IMG/VR virus record: IMGVR_UViG_3300029288_005873
Location: 32,001-96,000 of that record
Length of the DNA: 64,000 bases
Source: a virus
Taxonomy: Duplodnaviria > Caudoviricetes
Strand: one strand, 5' to 3'
Part shown: positions 33,208 to 42,710 of the stretch, piece by piece
How the letters are laid out: every line of letters begins with the position of its first letter
Numbering within the stretch: position 1 is the stretch's first letter
Program-made: the position numbers and the translations under genes
The notes under the pieces: model-generated
Databases searched by the model: none
What the model saw: the letters and a program-made list of their open reading frames with translations, nothing else
What the model was told of the DNA's origin: nothing

Positions 33208-34075
33208 TTATTCGACCTCCGTCAAAGTTTTCACGAACATCTCGTGATCATAACCCACTATGATTAACGTCCCAGATCCTGGCTTTAGCCTACTTCCCCA
33301 TTGTCCAACTTTACGAAATAGTTCAACTTCTGCCCATTCACCAATCTCTGGAGCCAGCGCACAACAAGCTGCTAATGGATCATGGAACTTCTTTCCGCCA
33401 GGATGCTTAGCTAAATATGCCTCGGTTCCCCTATGAATAAGCTCCATATGCGGTGCCTTAGCCAGGCCAATTCTAGCACTTAAACCCTTGTCGCAGAAAA
33501 CACCGTGGCAAACATTCTTAGATACAAACCTACGATGTCCAATTCCCTCATATTCAAGAGCCCGTAAAGCCGCCTTTGGATCACCATTTAGATTGTAAGT
33601 TGGACAGATTTCCTTACCTCGGAACTTCTCTAGTTGCTTTTCCGTTGGTACAACACCCTCACCAGCAAATCCGCCCTGTGCCACCCATCGACCAACTTTG
33701 AACCCCAGATCCATCGCAACACCAACATTCCTCAGCGGCGCACCAGTTACCAAAGTAGTATTCTCATCACAACATCGCCTAAGTACGAAACCTCCACGAT
33801 CATCTGGATCCTTGGGCGGAATTTGCCCGTAAACCTCGTAATGCCACTGTGAGACACAGTTCTTATCTCGTGTGGGATCGAAAAGCTCCAACTGGAATAT
33901 ACCGCCCAGGAGCTAACTGTTGACATGCCCATCTTACAAAACCTACTTGTTCTCTTGTACCCGGTGTCACTGTCACAGCCTTTAGATTAGACCTAGGATG
34001 TCCAAGCAGTAGTAGAAGCGTCAGGAAATCGTCAGGATCGCCTGTCTCCATATCCAGAACAATATCAATTTTCAT
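33208..34075 (-). pseudogene. Inosine/uridine-preferring nucleoside hydrolase split by a 1-nt frameshift near 33881-33884
   Basis: DMETGDPDD N-terminus in one frame; TYNLNGDP and HDPLA in the other; removing one T from the TTTT run joins PVGAF-DPTRDK. Confidence 0.8.
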
Positions 34076-34491
34076 TCATCCTCCGGAAATGGATCATCAC
34101 CATCCCAAGGCTCCAATTGTGCGTCAAAAAGATTCACTTTCAAAACCCCTGGACGCGATAGAAGCCATTTCTCAAAATCTTCACGCCTAAAACCAAACCC
34201 GTTACGGTCATGTAGAACGACGCCGTGAATATACATACCAGTCATCTCCGTGACTGATTGTCCGTTCCTCTGGGCTCTGTCTTTCTTCTCATTAGCAATT
34301 AAGTCAGCACTGTGTCTAAAAGTATTGATTTTAATGTTAATGTCTGAAATGGACTTCCTTAGGTTATCAATTTCTTGCTTAGAATGCTGTTCTTCTTCAT
34401 TCAATTCCTCGTCGGACATTTCTCTGATTTCATCAATAAAATTTTGATCTATTTTCGAAATTATTACCATCTTCTTTTACAACGCTGCGCT

Positions 34492-34899
34492 TTACTTTTG
34501 CTTTCTCCATGGTCGCTCCATATCGCACTTGTCACACAAAGTAAACAACCATCCGGTATTGCGCAATTTGCCTGGCTGTCCGCAGTATTCACACGTAATG
34601 GTGCTGACCTTTTCTGCTTCACCAATAAGCTTATCCATCTCGTCGGTCTCAGCTGTCATGTAAAAGCGTAAAGTTCCATACTTTTCCTTAACTTGCGCAG
34701 CTTTATATTTTGTCCGCTCCGCCTCTGGTAAAGAGGAAATTATAGCCTCAAGCTTCAGAGATAGATCCCATATTATCGGAAACCAGCCCTTCATACAATC
34801 AAACCCCCAAGCCATACAACTTTCCATTATGGAGAGGTTTCTATCAGCATATAGGTTTGGGCATTTTTGGCACAACTGTTCGTCAAGTTCCTTGTCCAT
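34492..34899 (-). CDS. Conserved phage protein
   Basis: GWFPII...QVKEKYGTLRFY...CEYCG motif. Confidence 0.6.
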   Translation of the reverse strand: MDKELDEQLCQKCPNLYADRNLSIMESCMAWGFDCMKGWFPIIWDLSLKLEAIISSLPEAERTKYKAAQVKEKYGTLRFYMTAETDEMDKLIGEAEKVSTITCEYCGQPGKLRNTGWLFTLCDKCDMERPWRKQK

Positions 34900-35428
34900 G
34901 ATCTATCTCTTTTTTAGCAAACCATTTGTCACCATGTCTTGTGACAATCATCTTCTCAGCAACCCAATCTGGAGGCTCACGTCGTGTCCACACCATCAGA
35001 TGACTCTTGTTTTCAATATAGTATTGCCTATATGTCGCTACCGAATCACCAGCGTGTATATTACCTGTTGCTTCAGCAAATGGCGTCAGACCTATGTCAG
35101 CAATTGCTGGACAAAATAAAGCAAGTTTAGAAATCATTCCATCTGCTTCTAGCTTGTGTGTCTTACCATATCTGTGTCGATATTCGGCACATAAACCATT
35201 AACATGTTTAAGCAACCAATGATAGTTAGATATGGAGGCGACCGTCCATTTCGCACATGGGTGGTGCCGCCACCCCAAACTGCTCCAGATCCCCTCTGGA
35301 ACTAATCCATTAACAGCATGAGCAACACACAATAATTGAACTGACTCCAGAATCATCTTTACCACATGTCGATCAACAAGTGATTTGGCGGAAACTACAG
35401 GATCAAAATCGACAACGAAAATGTTCAC
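34883..35428 (-). CDS. Pyrimidine-dimer DNA glycosylase (DenV-like)
   Basis: MNIF..D, DRHVVKMILES.QLL, HHPC..W, EY..RYGK.H, YRQYY. Confidence 0.85.
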   Translation of the reverse strand: MNIFVVDFDPVVSAKSLVDRHVVKMILESVQLLCVAHAVNGLVPEGIWSSLGWRHHPCAKWTVASISNYHWLLKHVNGLCAEYRHRYGKTHKLEADGMISKLALFCPAIADIGLTPFAEATGNIHAGDSVATYRQYYIENKSHLMVWTRREPPDWVAEKMIVTRHGDKWFAKKEIDHGQGT

Positions 35429-35440
35429 ATTATCTCCTTG

Positions 35441-35488
35441 TCCGCCCGCCTGGATTTGAACCAGGAGTCATTCGTTTTATTATAGGGC
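35441..35488 (-). pseudogene. tRNA remnant (T arm plus 3' acceptor strand)
   Basis: CCTGG-TTCAAAT-CCAGG-CGGGCGGA with no D or anticodon arm. Confidence 0.5.
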
Positions 35489-35976
35489 AAAGGTATTACC
35501 AATTGATTCTCACTTATGCCAATCCTTGCCAAACTTCTTATCCAGTTCCCTAAATTTTTGAGCCGTCTCCGGATCACAAGACGACCATTGATCACATTTA
35601 TTATAGTCTAAAATCGAATTGTTGCTAAGAGAGCATGTACCCATATTACTACGTCTATCGCCTTCCCAATATTTACACGATAAACATTCACCCCAACCCA
35701 GACTATGCCACATACCAGTTGTTGTTCTACAAAGTTCTCCGATAGCTTCTATATATGCCTCTTCTCTCTCAGCTGCTTCACGTTCATCTTTTTCCCAGGT
35801 CACAACAACTTTTCCACCACATCTTTCAAACTCTTCACGATGAGCGCCTTCATGCCCTTTGGGCAATTGGTACCGCATTGTGGCAGAATTGTCGCCAAAA
35901 TCATCAGCTATATAGAAGTGACTGTTACACTCGCCATCGACGTCCTGAGGTTTTCCAAACATGTCACACCTCCTAG

Positions 35977-36049
35977 TGAGCTGTATAGGAGTTGAACCTA
36001 TATTATTCCTCCTTGTAAAAGAGGTACCATTCCGTTAGGTGAACAGCCC
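35977..36049 (-). tRNA. tRNA-Val(UAC)
   Basis: CCTCT-TTTACAA-GGAGG. Confidence 0.85.
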
Positions 36050-36135
36050 CATATAAAACTACAGCGCCTGCCGATCCTATCCTAATCGGCAGGCATCTGC
36101 GGAGAAAAAGGAAGGATAGCCTACTTCCCGCATCG

Positions 36136-36207
36136 TACTCCCAAGGGGAATCGAACCCCTGTTTCCTGAGTGAAAGTCAGGTTGCCTGGCCGCTGGCAGA
36201 TGGGAGC
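36136..36207 (-). tRNA. tRNA-Glu(UUC)
   Basis: CCTGA-CTTTCAC-TCAGG. Confidence 0.9.
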
Positions 36208-36212
36208 AGAAG

Positions 36213-36329
36213 CCGCGCTTTGTTTATCCATGCGCGCGACGCACATGGTATGGGCGATTGGCGAGGATCGCCCTTCTGTCCGCCTTTCCAAAACCCTGGC
36301 GACAAGGGTCTCGCGCCTCTGGGGCGCGG
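36213..36329 (-). ncRNA. Candidate GC-rich multi-hairpin ncRNA
   Basis: Intergenic, four hairpins, directly 5' of tRNA-Glu. Confidence 0.45.
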
Positions 36330-36759
36330 AAGAGTCAATTAACCGAATCGTCCTTTATAACCTGTGCCTTTTCTTGGAATGCTTTCCTGATCGCAGCTTT
36401 CATAACATCCATGGCATCCTGGATACGCATTCTTCCAGAGGCTACCGATTCCCTCAGCTCCTTGGCAAGCTCGCCGAGGTTTGCGTCAAAAACAAATGTC
36501 TTACCCACGGCTTCTCCTTAATCCGAAAAGTTGTAAACATCTATAGCAAGACTTATATCATATATGATTTAAGTCTTGCTCTTTTCATCATTATTAAGAT
36601 TAAAAAGAGTCTCTATACCATTAAGAGCTTCGTTAACCAGGTTTGTACCTTCGCTATTATTAGATTTTATATATTCTTCTTTTAATCGCAACAATGTACG
36701 TTTACATTTTTCCAACGTATTAGTTTTATTGATCTTTTTATTTGCCATAGTCCCTCGCT

Positions 36760-37341
36760 TTAGGTTAACCTAAGAATACCAACAGGAGTTACCTGAAGGC
36801 TCTGCTTTATTCCATCCTTAAGAAATCTTTGGGCGGTTACGGCAATTTGTGCAGCTGTAAGGGCAAACATCGGAAGCTGTTCGCCGTCCTCACATGTTGC
36901 CTGTCCTTCTTTGCCCTCATCATCGAGAACAAAATATTCGTCCCAAACAACCCGACCAAATATTCCATCAGCAGATAGAGCTCCATGGAGGCATGGAATC
37001 TTGTGCTTCCGCACATAGTCTTGTATTGTCCTTCGAGCTTTTGCGTTATCTGTACAGTCTAGGACAAGTGCGGCACCGCCTAGGATGGCATCGGCGTTGT
37101 CTTCTGTAAGTCTATACGGAGTAGCATCAACCTTAGTCCCGAAAAGACCATTTAGAGCTTGCTGAATTGCCTTAGCCTTGTTTTGGCGCAAACCCATTTT
37201 GCTGTGGAATTGCGACTGGACGTTTTTAGTTTCAATATAATCATGGTCAACCACACGCGTAGAGTTTTTCCAGTTGCGCGCCAAAAGCGCCACATGTGAA
37301 CCGAGGGCGCCAACGCCAACAATAACTACCTTGCCTTCCAT
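36760..37341 (-). CDS. ThiF/E1-like adenylyltransferase
   Basis: GVGALG, DHD.IE..N..Q, K, DCTDN..AR; candidate catalytic Cys150 (ATCEDG). Confidence 0.9.
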   Translation of the reverse strand: MEGKVVIVGVGALGSHVALLARNWKNSTRVVDHDYIETKNVQSQFHSKMGLRQNKAKAIQQALNGLFGTKVDATPYRLTEDNADAILGGAALVLDCTDNAKARRTIQDYVRKHKIPCLHGALSADGIFGRVVWDEYFVLDDEGKEGQATCEDGEQLPMFALTAAQIAVTAQRFLKDGIKQSLQVTPVGILRLT

Positions 37342-37350
37342 GATTATTTA

Positions 37351-37617
37351 TTACTTTCTGCCAAAAGGCGTCTTTGGTCGCAGCATAATTCGTCCAGGAA
37401 GCTCAGCTGTTGCCGCGAACCTATCAACTACGAAGTCAGTGAAATCCACATTTTCATTAGCTGGAATTCCAGCCACATAGCCTGTGCGTACGGCCTCGAT
37501 TGCCATCTGCTTGATTACTTCGTCGGACGAATCATACGACACTGGGTCGTTTAGGTCCCCGTTATACCCACCAAATGTAATGTTCAGTCTAGCCATTCTA
37601 GCATTGATCTCTTCCAT
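37351..37617 (-). CDS. Ubiquitin-like (beta-grasp) protein, C-terminus KTPFG-RK
   Basis: 88 aa, beta-beta-alpha-beta-beta pattern, Gly near the C-terminus, lies between JAB and E1 genes. Confidence 0.7.
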   Translation of the reverse strand: MEEINARMARLNITFGGYNGDLNDPVSYDSSDEVIKQMAIEAVRTGYVAGIPANENVDFTDFVVDRFAATAELPGRIMLRPKTPFGRK

Positions 37618-37618
37618 G

Positions 37619-37993
37619 TTATTCCTCCTTTTGCGACAGCCTACGCAGATCGTGGATGTCGTCCGATTTTAAGAACGGTATTCTCCGGTAATCATGTTTT
37701 CCTGGACCGCTCCAAATAAATGTTGCCACTTCACTCATAGTCACAATAGGCCACACAAGCCTTCGTCCAAGTGCGGCTTCGCACGCCGCAAACGTCGTAA
37801 TATCAGTCCCAGATGGGCTTGCGGATCCATTCCAAGGATGCGTATGAGCAACTCCACCCAATCGTTCGCGATTTTCCCACAGGATATCCCACAGATTTCT
37901 AGAATCTGGTATCCAGCCTCCAGATCGACCTGGGGGGAGGTGCCAATGTATGACATTTCCATCCAAATCAAAAACTAAAGCTGTCTCAATCAT
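37619..37993 (-). CDS. JAB/MPN+ metallopeptidase
   Basis: N-terminal Glu (MIETAL) and HTHP......SGTD JAMM motif. Confidence 0.88.
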   Translation of the reverse strand: MIETALVFDLDGNVIHWHLPPGRSGGWIPDSRNLWDILWENRERLGGVAHTHPWNGSASPSGTDITTFAACEAALGRRLVWPIVTMSEVATFIWSGPGKHDYRRIPFLKSDDIHDLRRLSQKEE

Positions 37994-37994
37994 A

Positions 37995-38969
37995 TTAATC
38001 ATCCCAATCGTCATCGTCACGATCGCCATCTGCATGTCTGTAGACTACCAATTTACCTGTATTCATGGCCTCTCCCACAACAGCGGGAAGGCTTTCTAGC
38101 GTGAATCGTGCATCGCCTTTTACACCAGTGTGGTGATCGGTTAAACATATTCCTGAGTCGATTACACGTAATGTATCTTTGTCTACCACGCATTCAAGAC
38201 GACGGTTTCGGAATCTATACTGTACGACCATTTCCTTCTTATTACGCGATGGTCTAGCATCAAGTAGTTCGGCACCGCTTAGCCTTAGGGCAGCTTTTGC
38301 TGCCGCACCAAAATCCCTTTGTGCCAATGCGCGCCGTCCGGCTCCAGTTCCAGCATCTTTTAACGCTTGTCTGAACCGTTCTGCCTCAGCCCGTTTTTTC
38401 TCTTCTTCGAGTCTAATGCGTTCCATCTCTCGTTCGCGTTCCTCAGCAAGAATCCTCTGACGCGACACCCAACGAAAAGCTAAATCCAGAGCTGGGGTAA
38501 CTCCAATTACGTGGTCGACAGATCCTCTGCGATCCTGGTAAGCCATCTGTACAGCTGCCTCAGGACCTTGTGGAAACTCCTGCCTTACATATACCAGTCC
38601 TCCGCGTGTATTGGCGGCGACAGCTCTAGCAAATCTGTCAAGACCTGGCTCGACAACGAACACTGGAATGGTCTGGTCAACTAGTTTTTCTGGATCGGGA
38701 TCAATCCTTACATCATCAGGAATTAGCCTATCACCAACAACATATCCCTTGATAAGTTTATGACCATTCTCAAAATCTGGATTTGGATCAGCAGGACCCT
38801 CTAACTCTGCTTTACGACCTCCAGAGATTTTGAAAATGTACCATCCATGTTCATTGGGCAACTTTCCTTCAATCGTTAAAGTGCGCTCCCTATCATGAAT
38901 TTGTCTACCTCCGGTCCATGGAAGTGTTCTTTTGTCGCCTTCTAATGCCAATAAATCCTGCCAACCCAT
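37995..38969 (-). CDS. Multidomain protein with coiled coil and C-terminal divergent E2/UBC-like domain
   Basis: VIDSGICL (Cys275) followed by FTLESLPAVV resembles the UBC G.ICL...TL.S.L motif; gene context. Confidence 0.55.
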   Translation of the reverse strand: MGWQDLLALEGDKRTLPWTGGRQIHDRERTLTIEGKLPNEHGWYIFKISGGRKAELEGPADPNPDFENGHKLIKGYVVGDRLIPDDVRIDPDPEKLVDQTIPVFVVEPGLDRFARAVAANTRGGLVYVRQEFPQGPEAAVQMAYQDRRGSVDHVIGVTPALDLAFRWVSRQRILAEEREREMERIRLEEEKKRAEAERFRQALKDAGTGAGRRALAQRDFGAAAKAALRLSGAELLDARPSRNKKEMVVQYRFRNRRLECVVDKDTLRVIDSGICLTDHHTGVKGDARFTLESLPAVVGEAMNTGKLVVYRHADGDRDDDDWDD

Positions 38970-38987
38970 ATATTCTCCTAAACAGAT

Positions 38988-39254
38988 TCAACCTGGTAGA
39001 ACTAATTCATCATCTGACGCCACAACACATACAAGATCATATTTCGAAAGCTCACACTTGCTGCCATCGTCAAACACAACTTGGCGTACAGAATCTTTGT
39101 CACATATACTTGTAATTGTCTTGCTTTCTATGACTCTACCAAGCCATCCATATTGCGAATTACCAACAACATCTGTTTCCCAAGCAATCTTGGATCCAAT
39201 ATGTAATAGCAATACTTGTATCATTTTCCCTTGTTTTGGTGAACAATACCTCAT
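38988..39254 (-). CDS. Hypothetical protein
   Basis: AGGAG RBS before MRYCSPK. Confidence 0.5.
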   Translation of the reverse strand: MRYCSPKQGKMIQVLLLHIGSKIAWETDVVGNSQYGWLGRVIESKTITSICDKDSVRQVVFDDGSKCELSKYDLVCVVASDDELVLPG

Positions 39255-39278
39255 TTTTTCTCCTATGGATTTACACCC

Positions 39279-39345
39279 GAGTGCGACTCCGAATCGAACG
39301 AAGATAGTGGGTTCCCCCACTGTTTTGCCATTAAACTATCGCACA
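39279..39345 (-). ncRNA. Anticodon-less tRNA mimic (GGAA tetraloop)
   Basis: GTGCGA/TCGCAC acceptor, canonical D arm, AGTGGG-GGAA-CCCACT, CTTCG-TTCGATT-CGGAG. Confidence 0.75.
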
Positions 39346-39392
39346 CGTCCCGTTTTACTTGGTGGACAACGCCCAAATCATTGTTTCCTATT

Positions 39393-39680
39393 TCAACGTT
39401 CTATTACGAAAACCTTTCTACGACTTCGCCGTCCACTTCGAATAGAAACATTTGACTTAGGAACACCAAACCACTTTGCAACAAGCTTAATTGCCTCCTT
39501 GTTAGCTTTTCCATCCACGGCTGGAGATGAAACAAATACCTTCAGGCTACCATCATCCTGTTGTACAATCCCACTCCTTGAAGCTTTTGGAGAGACAAGG
39601 ACGCTAACCAGCTGTCCCACTTTTTTAACACAAGCGACAACCTTTTCTCCTTGTTTGATCACAAAACATGAATCAAACAT
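39393..39680 (-). CDS. DUF167/YggU family protein
   Basis: V.PKASRS...LKV.V.SPAVDGKAN..I...A...GVPKS.V.I.SG..SR.K. Confidence 0.88.
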   Translation of the reverse strand: MFDSCFVIKQGEKVVACVKKVGQLVSVLVSPKASRSGIVQQDDGSLKVFVSSPAVDGKANKEAIKLVAKWFGVPKSNVSIRSGRRSRRKVFVIER

Positions 39681-39939
39681 CGCCGCATCCCTTTCTCTTC
39701 TGTTTCTTACAAGCATTAATGAAGGCTGCCCTACCCTCGCCCATTGTATTTAGTAGGGCAGCCATTTTACCACCCCGCTTTACTGCTTCCTCCTTTGTTA
39801 TTTCCTTAATGTTGTTTCCTTTACACCAAGGACATACATCGACCCTGCTTGGATGTGTCCAATGAAGTTTTAGACAATCCTCACATAGGTATGGAGTTGT
39901 ACAAGGTTTATATCCCTCATCTCCCGTGCTCATGCCCAC
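39673..39939 (-). CDS. Small Zn-ribbon hypothetical protein
   Basis: CEDC...CPWC; overlaps the stop of the vWA gene. Confidence 0.5.
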   Translation of the reverse strand: MGMSTGDEGYKPCTTPYLCEDCLKLHWTHPSRVDVCPWCKGNNIKEITKEEAVKRGGKMAALLNTMGEGRAAFINACKKQKRKGCGDV

Positions 39940-41807
39940 ACCGGCTTCTTCAGCAGATCAGTCTTGAGAACCTCCTCAACCAGGGTAACCTTTGTAGCCT
40001 TACGTACTTGAGCCACAATTGGCGTTGTAGCAATCAGATTACGAATCACACGAGTTACAGCATATGGGTCGGCAAAAATGCCTTCCTCAATCGCAAAACA
40101 GGGGATTCCAAGTCTTACTGCGGCATCCCTAACAATCGAGCCACTGCCATACTGCCCGCTTACAACCCTCAGAAGACCGAAAGCCACTGGGTTAATTCCC
40201 GATTCCTGGACAGCCACCAGTAACTGAGCTAATCCAGTATCGAGCTCATCGCCCACAAACAACATAATAGCATCCTCACCATCCTTCGGTCTACGATGAG
40301 CAAGAGCGCGAACACCTTGCGCATAACTTGTTCCACCACCAGCAAAATGTCCCCTAAAAGCCGCCTCAATACCCTTGGCAGATGGATGTTTGATCTGTAC
40401 CTCACCACCCATCGTATTGAAGACGCTAACATGTAGCCTTTCAAGTGGAAATCCAACAAGGAGCTTGGACAAGTACATCTTCGCCTGTTCTATCGCACCC
40501 TGCATAGATCCGGACTTATCCACAATGGCATAAATCCTCAGGTCCTTGGTCACCTCTTCCATAGCTTTCTTGGTAGCTGTGTCGGCAGCATCCTGTAGAG
40601 CTTCCCTTGTCTCCTGAGACTTAACGCGTCGCGCAACATTCGCGGCACGCTGATTCTCAGCAGTCTCAGTTGCCCTCTTCCAGCGGTCGGATACATCCTT
40701 CACCTTAAGAAGCCCAAGCTCTTCTAAAGTTGGTGTAAGGATAATCATATCCGTATTGGAAACGGACCCCGCTTCAATAGCTGCTGCCATAACAGCTCTG
40801 GTAAGACCTACTTCGGACGGAAGCAAACCAACAATACGCTTATAGTTTGGCTTTGTCTCCACAATGCGTTCACAGATTTGCCTTTCGGTCAGACCCTTCC
40901 AACTTTCCGCTTTCTTGACCTCAGCGCCGATGGCAATCTCCCTCCGACCATCTTCGGCCTGCTTCTGCTTCCAGCGCAGGATTTCGAAGAACTTCGGCGA
41001 AGAAGGCTTGTATCCCACCCTTCGAGCAAGCTCCATTACGGATGTACGAAAACCTGCCTTGACAAGACCCTCAAGCATCTTAGGGTTGTCTTCACGATAA
41101 CGCAGATACTTCTCAACTACTTTGGTATACCTACCCTTAGCTGGAGTGCGGGCTGATTTGCCAAAACCAAGTTCGCGATTAATCGCAGCCACGCCTGGAA
41201 GAGCAAGGATATCGCCAATCCTAAGAAGCAACTTCGGATCAATGTCATCCTTGGCTCGAATGAGACACATGGCCTCACCGACGTCCCTGTAGTCCTCATC
41301 ATGGAAAAGGACCTTGCCATCTTCCATAATAGGTTCTCCGCATCTGCCCTGAACAAGCATGAAAGCCGCAAGCACAACCTTCATATCGCGATGTTCCTTA
41401 GAAAATGCCCAGGATGCCCACCTTGCGGCAAACTCATTATCCAGTTTATAAACATCAGCAACCTGCCTGTACATCCAAGTCGCAACCTCCGGAAAAAGAC
41501 CAGGCTTTCTGTACTCAGCAACCTGCCTAGCGCCATCCATAATAGCATTGCCGTTTAGGATGCCAAGGCGAATCCTTCTTTGCTTGTTGCCGACCTTCTC
41601 AAGCCTGTAAACGACCTTCTGACCGCCTTCCTCCTTCCAAGTTACGGGTTCCCAACGCACGCCGGTCTTGGCGTTCCTGTCCACAAATAGAGCACCTGGT
41701 CTACCATGATATAGATGATCAAGATAACCTGTAAGAGTCTGAATAATTTTTTCAGCTGGACCGAGAGCTTCAATACGTTGCCTATCTGCTTGCTGATTAA
41801 CTACCAT
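39930..41807 (-). CDS. vWA-domain protein with helical N-terminal region, divergent Ro60/TROVE-like
   Basis: MIDAS DKSGS, GGT, VGDE; DNEFAARWASWA, VMELARRVGYKP and ALQDAA..A resemble TROVE segments. Confidence 0.65.
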   Translation of the reverse strand: MVVNQQADRQRIEALGPAEKIIQTLTGYLDHLYHGRPGALFVDRNAKTGVRWEPVTWKEEGGQKVVYRLEKVGNKQRRIRLGILNGNAIMDGARQVAEYRKPGLFPEVATWMYRQVADVYKLDNEFAARWASWAFSKEHRDMKVVLAAFMLVQGRCGEPIMEDGKVLFHDEDYRDVGEAMCLIRAKDDIDPKLLLRIGDILALPGVAAINRELGFGKSARTPAKGRYTKVVEKYLRYREDNPKMLEGLVKAGFRTSVMELARRVGYKPSSPKFFEILRWKQKQAEDGRREIAIGAEVKKAESWKGLTERQICERIVETKPNYKRIVGLLPSEVGLTRAVMAAAIEAGSVSNTDMIILTPTLEELGLLKVKDVSDRWKRATETAENQRAANVARRVKSQETREALQDAADTATKKAMEEVTKDLRIYAIVDKSGSMQGAIEQAKMYLSKLLVGFPLERLHVSVFNTMGGEVQIKHPSAKGIEAAFRGHFAGGGTSYAQGVRALAHRRPKDGEDAIMLFVGDELDTGLAQLLVAVQESGINPVAFGLLRVVSGQYGSGSIVRDAAVRLGIPCFAIEEGIFADPYAVTRVIRNLIATTPIVAQVRKATKVTLVEEVLKTDLLKKPVWA

Positions 41808-41854
41808 TGTCGTTCTCCTTCATGTTTTTGAGCCATAGGCTCGAGTTTATTGGA

Positions 41855-42211
41855 TTAACCCCAACTACAATGCTCTTCTTCTATACTCTCCATACCGTCG
41901 TAGTCATGGATATACCAACCCTCACAATCTTCAAATGGAATATCCACTACCTTAAGATAGGAGAAATTGCTATTTGCTTCATTACCAAGCTGTTCCACTA
42001 CTTGTACCAAACGAAGATCGCAACGAAATTTCTTATCATTTTCAGAATAAATATAATAATTACACCCAAAACCAGCCTTTTTACGCCTAATAAAATCTTT
42101 GTTTTCGATATCACCCTCGTTCCCAACCGTCATTCCCAACGCTATACATGCTTCGACCGCTTTGTCCGAAAGACCAAACCCACCAAAACACTTATTAATC
42201 ACAACTTTCAT
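41855..42211 (-). CDS. Conserved phage protein
   Basis: MKVVINKCFGGFGLS...R.D..LV.VVE.LG...YDG.E. Confidence 0.7.
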   Translation of the reverse strand: MKVVINKCFGGFGLSDKAVEACIALGMTVGNEGDIENKDFIRRKKAGFGCNYYIYSENDKKFRCDLRLVQVVEQLGNEANSNFSYLKVVDIPFEDCEGWYIHDYDGMESIEEEHCSWG

Positions 42212-42519
42212 TGTCTTTCTCCTAACAGATTTTTCCACATCGCCAGCAAACACCACTACCACTTGGATAATATACAGCACTACATTTTGGGCATTCGCTG
42301 GGCTCACCCATTGGCACATATGGTCCATGACCCTGCCGAAGATTGAAAATAGCTGAAGCTTCCTCTGGCGTATGTGCGTCGAACTCGTAAGATGGAAATT
42401 CTGATTTCGAAATCAGACCGTGCGTTATTAGAATTAAAGAATTCTCTTCAGTAGTAAGAAGAAAACCGTCATCCTGTTTATACACTAGATATCTTGTTAA
42501 CACGTTTCTCCTTACAGAG

Positions 42520-42672
42520 CGCCCCAGGAAGGACTCGAACCTTCAATTGCGTGTGAGCTTGTACCGGATGGCTCCTAAATCGTAGAACTCCTTAGGAGCC
42601 GAGAAGAGAAGCTAATTGCTTTTGTATCGCAGCTCCAAATGCTGTTGCCTTTTCCAATTTGGCTACTGACCC
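42520..42672 (-). ncRNA. Expanded tRNA-like RNA, copy A
   Basis: D arm, loop ATTTGGA, ~80-nt insert, GAAGG-TTCGAGT-CCTTC T arm. Confidence 0.75.
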
Positions 42673-42682
42673 GAACTGATAA

Positions 42683-42710
42683 AACATATCCTCCTGAAGA
42701 AAATTGTCAA
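42683..42710 (-). promoter_or_regulatory. Sigma70-like promoter for RNA A
   Basis: TTGACA-N16-TATGTT about 10 nt upstream of the RNA. Confidence 0.5.

Noticed and set aside
33863-33891. Programmed +1 frameshift at UUU-CGA in the nucleoside hydrolase
   Set aside because: It resembles a shifty motif, but similar 1-nt homopolymer indels occur near 11743, 47654 and 50892. Consensus sequencing error is the simpler explanation; raw reads are needed.
36760-37341. Thiamine or molybdopterin biosynthesis role for the ThiF protein
   Set aside because: No pathway partners nearby and no CxxC Zn motifs; context with JAB and E2-like genes favours conjugation.
38932-39753. 273-aa plus-strand ORF and most other plus-strand ORFs
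   Set aside because: Antisense shadows of well-supported minus-strand genes and RNAs, with no motifs or RBS.
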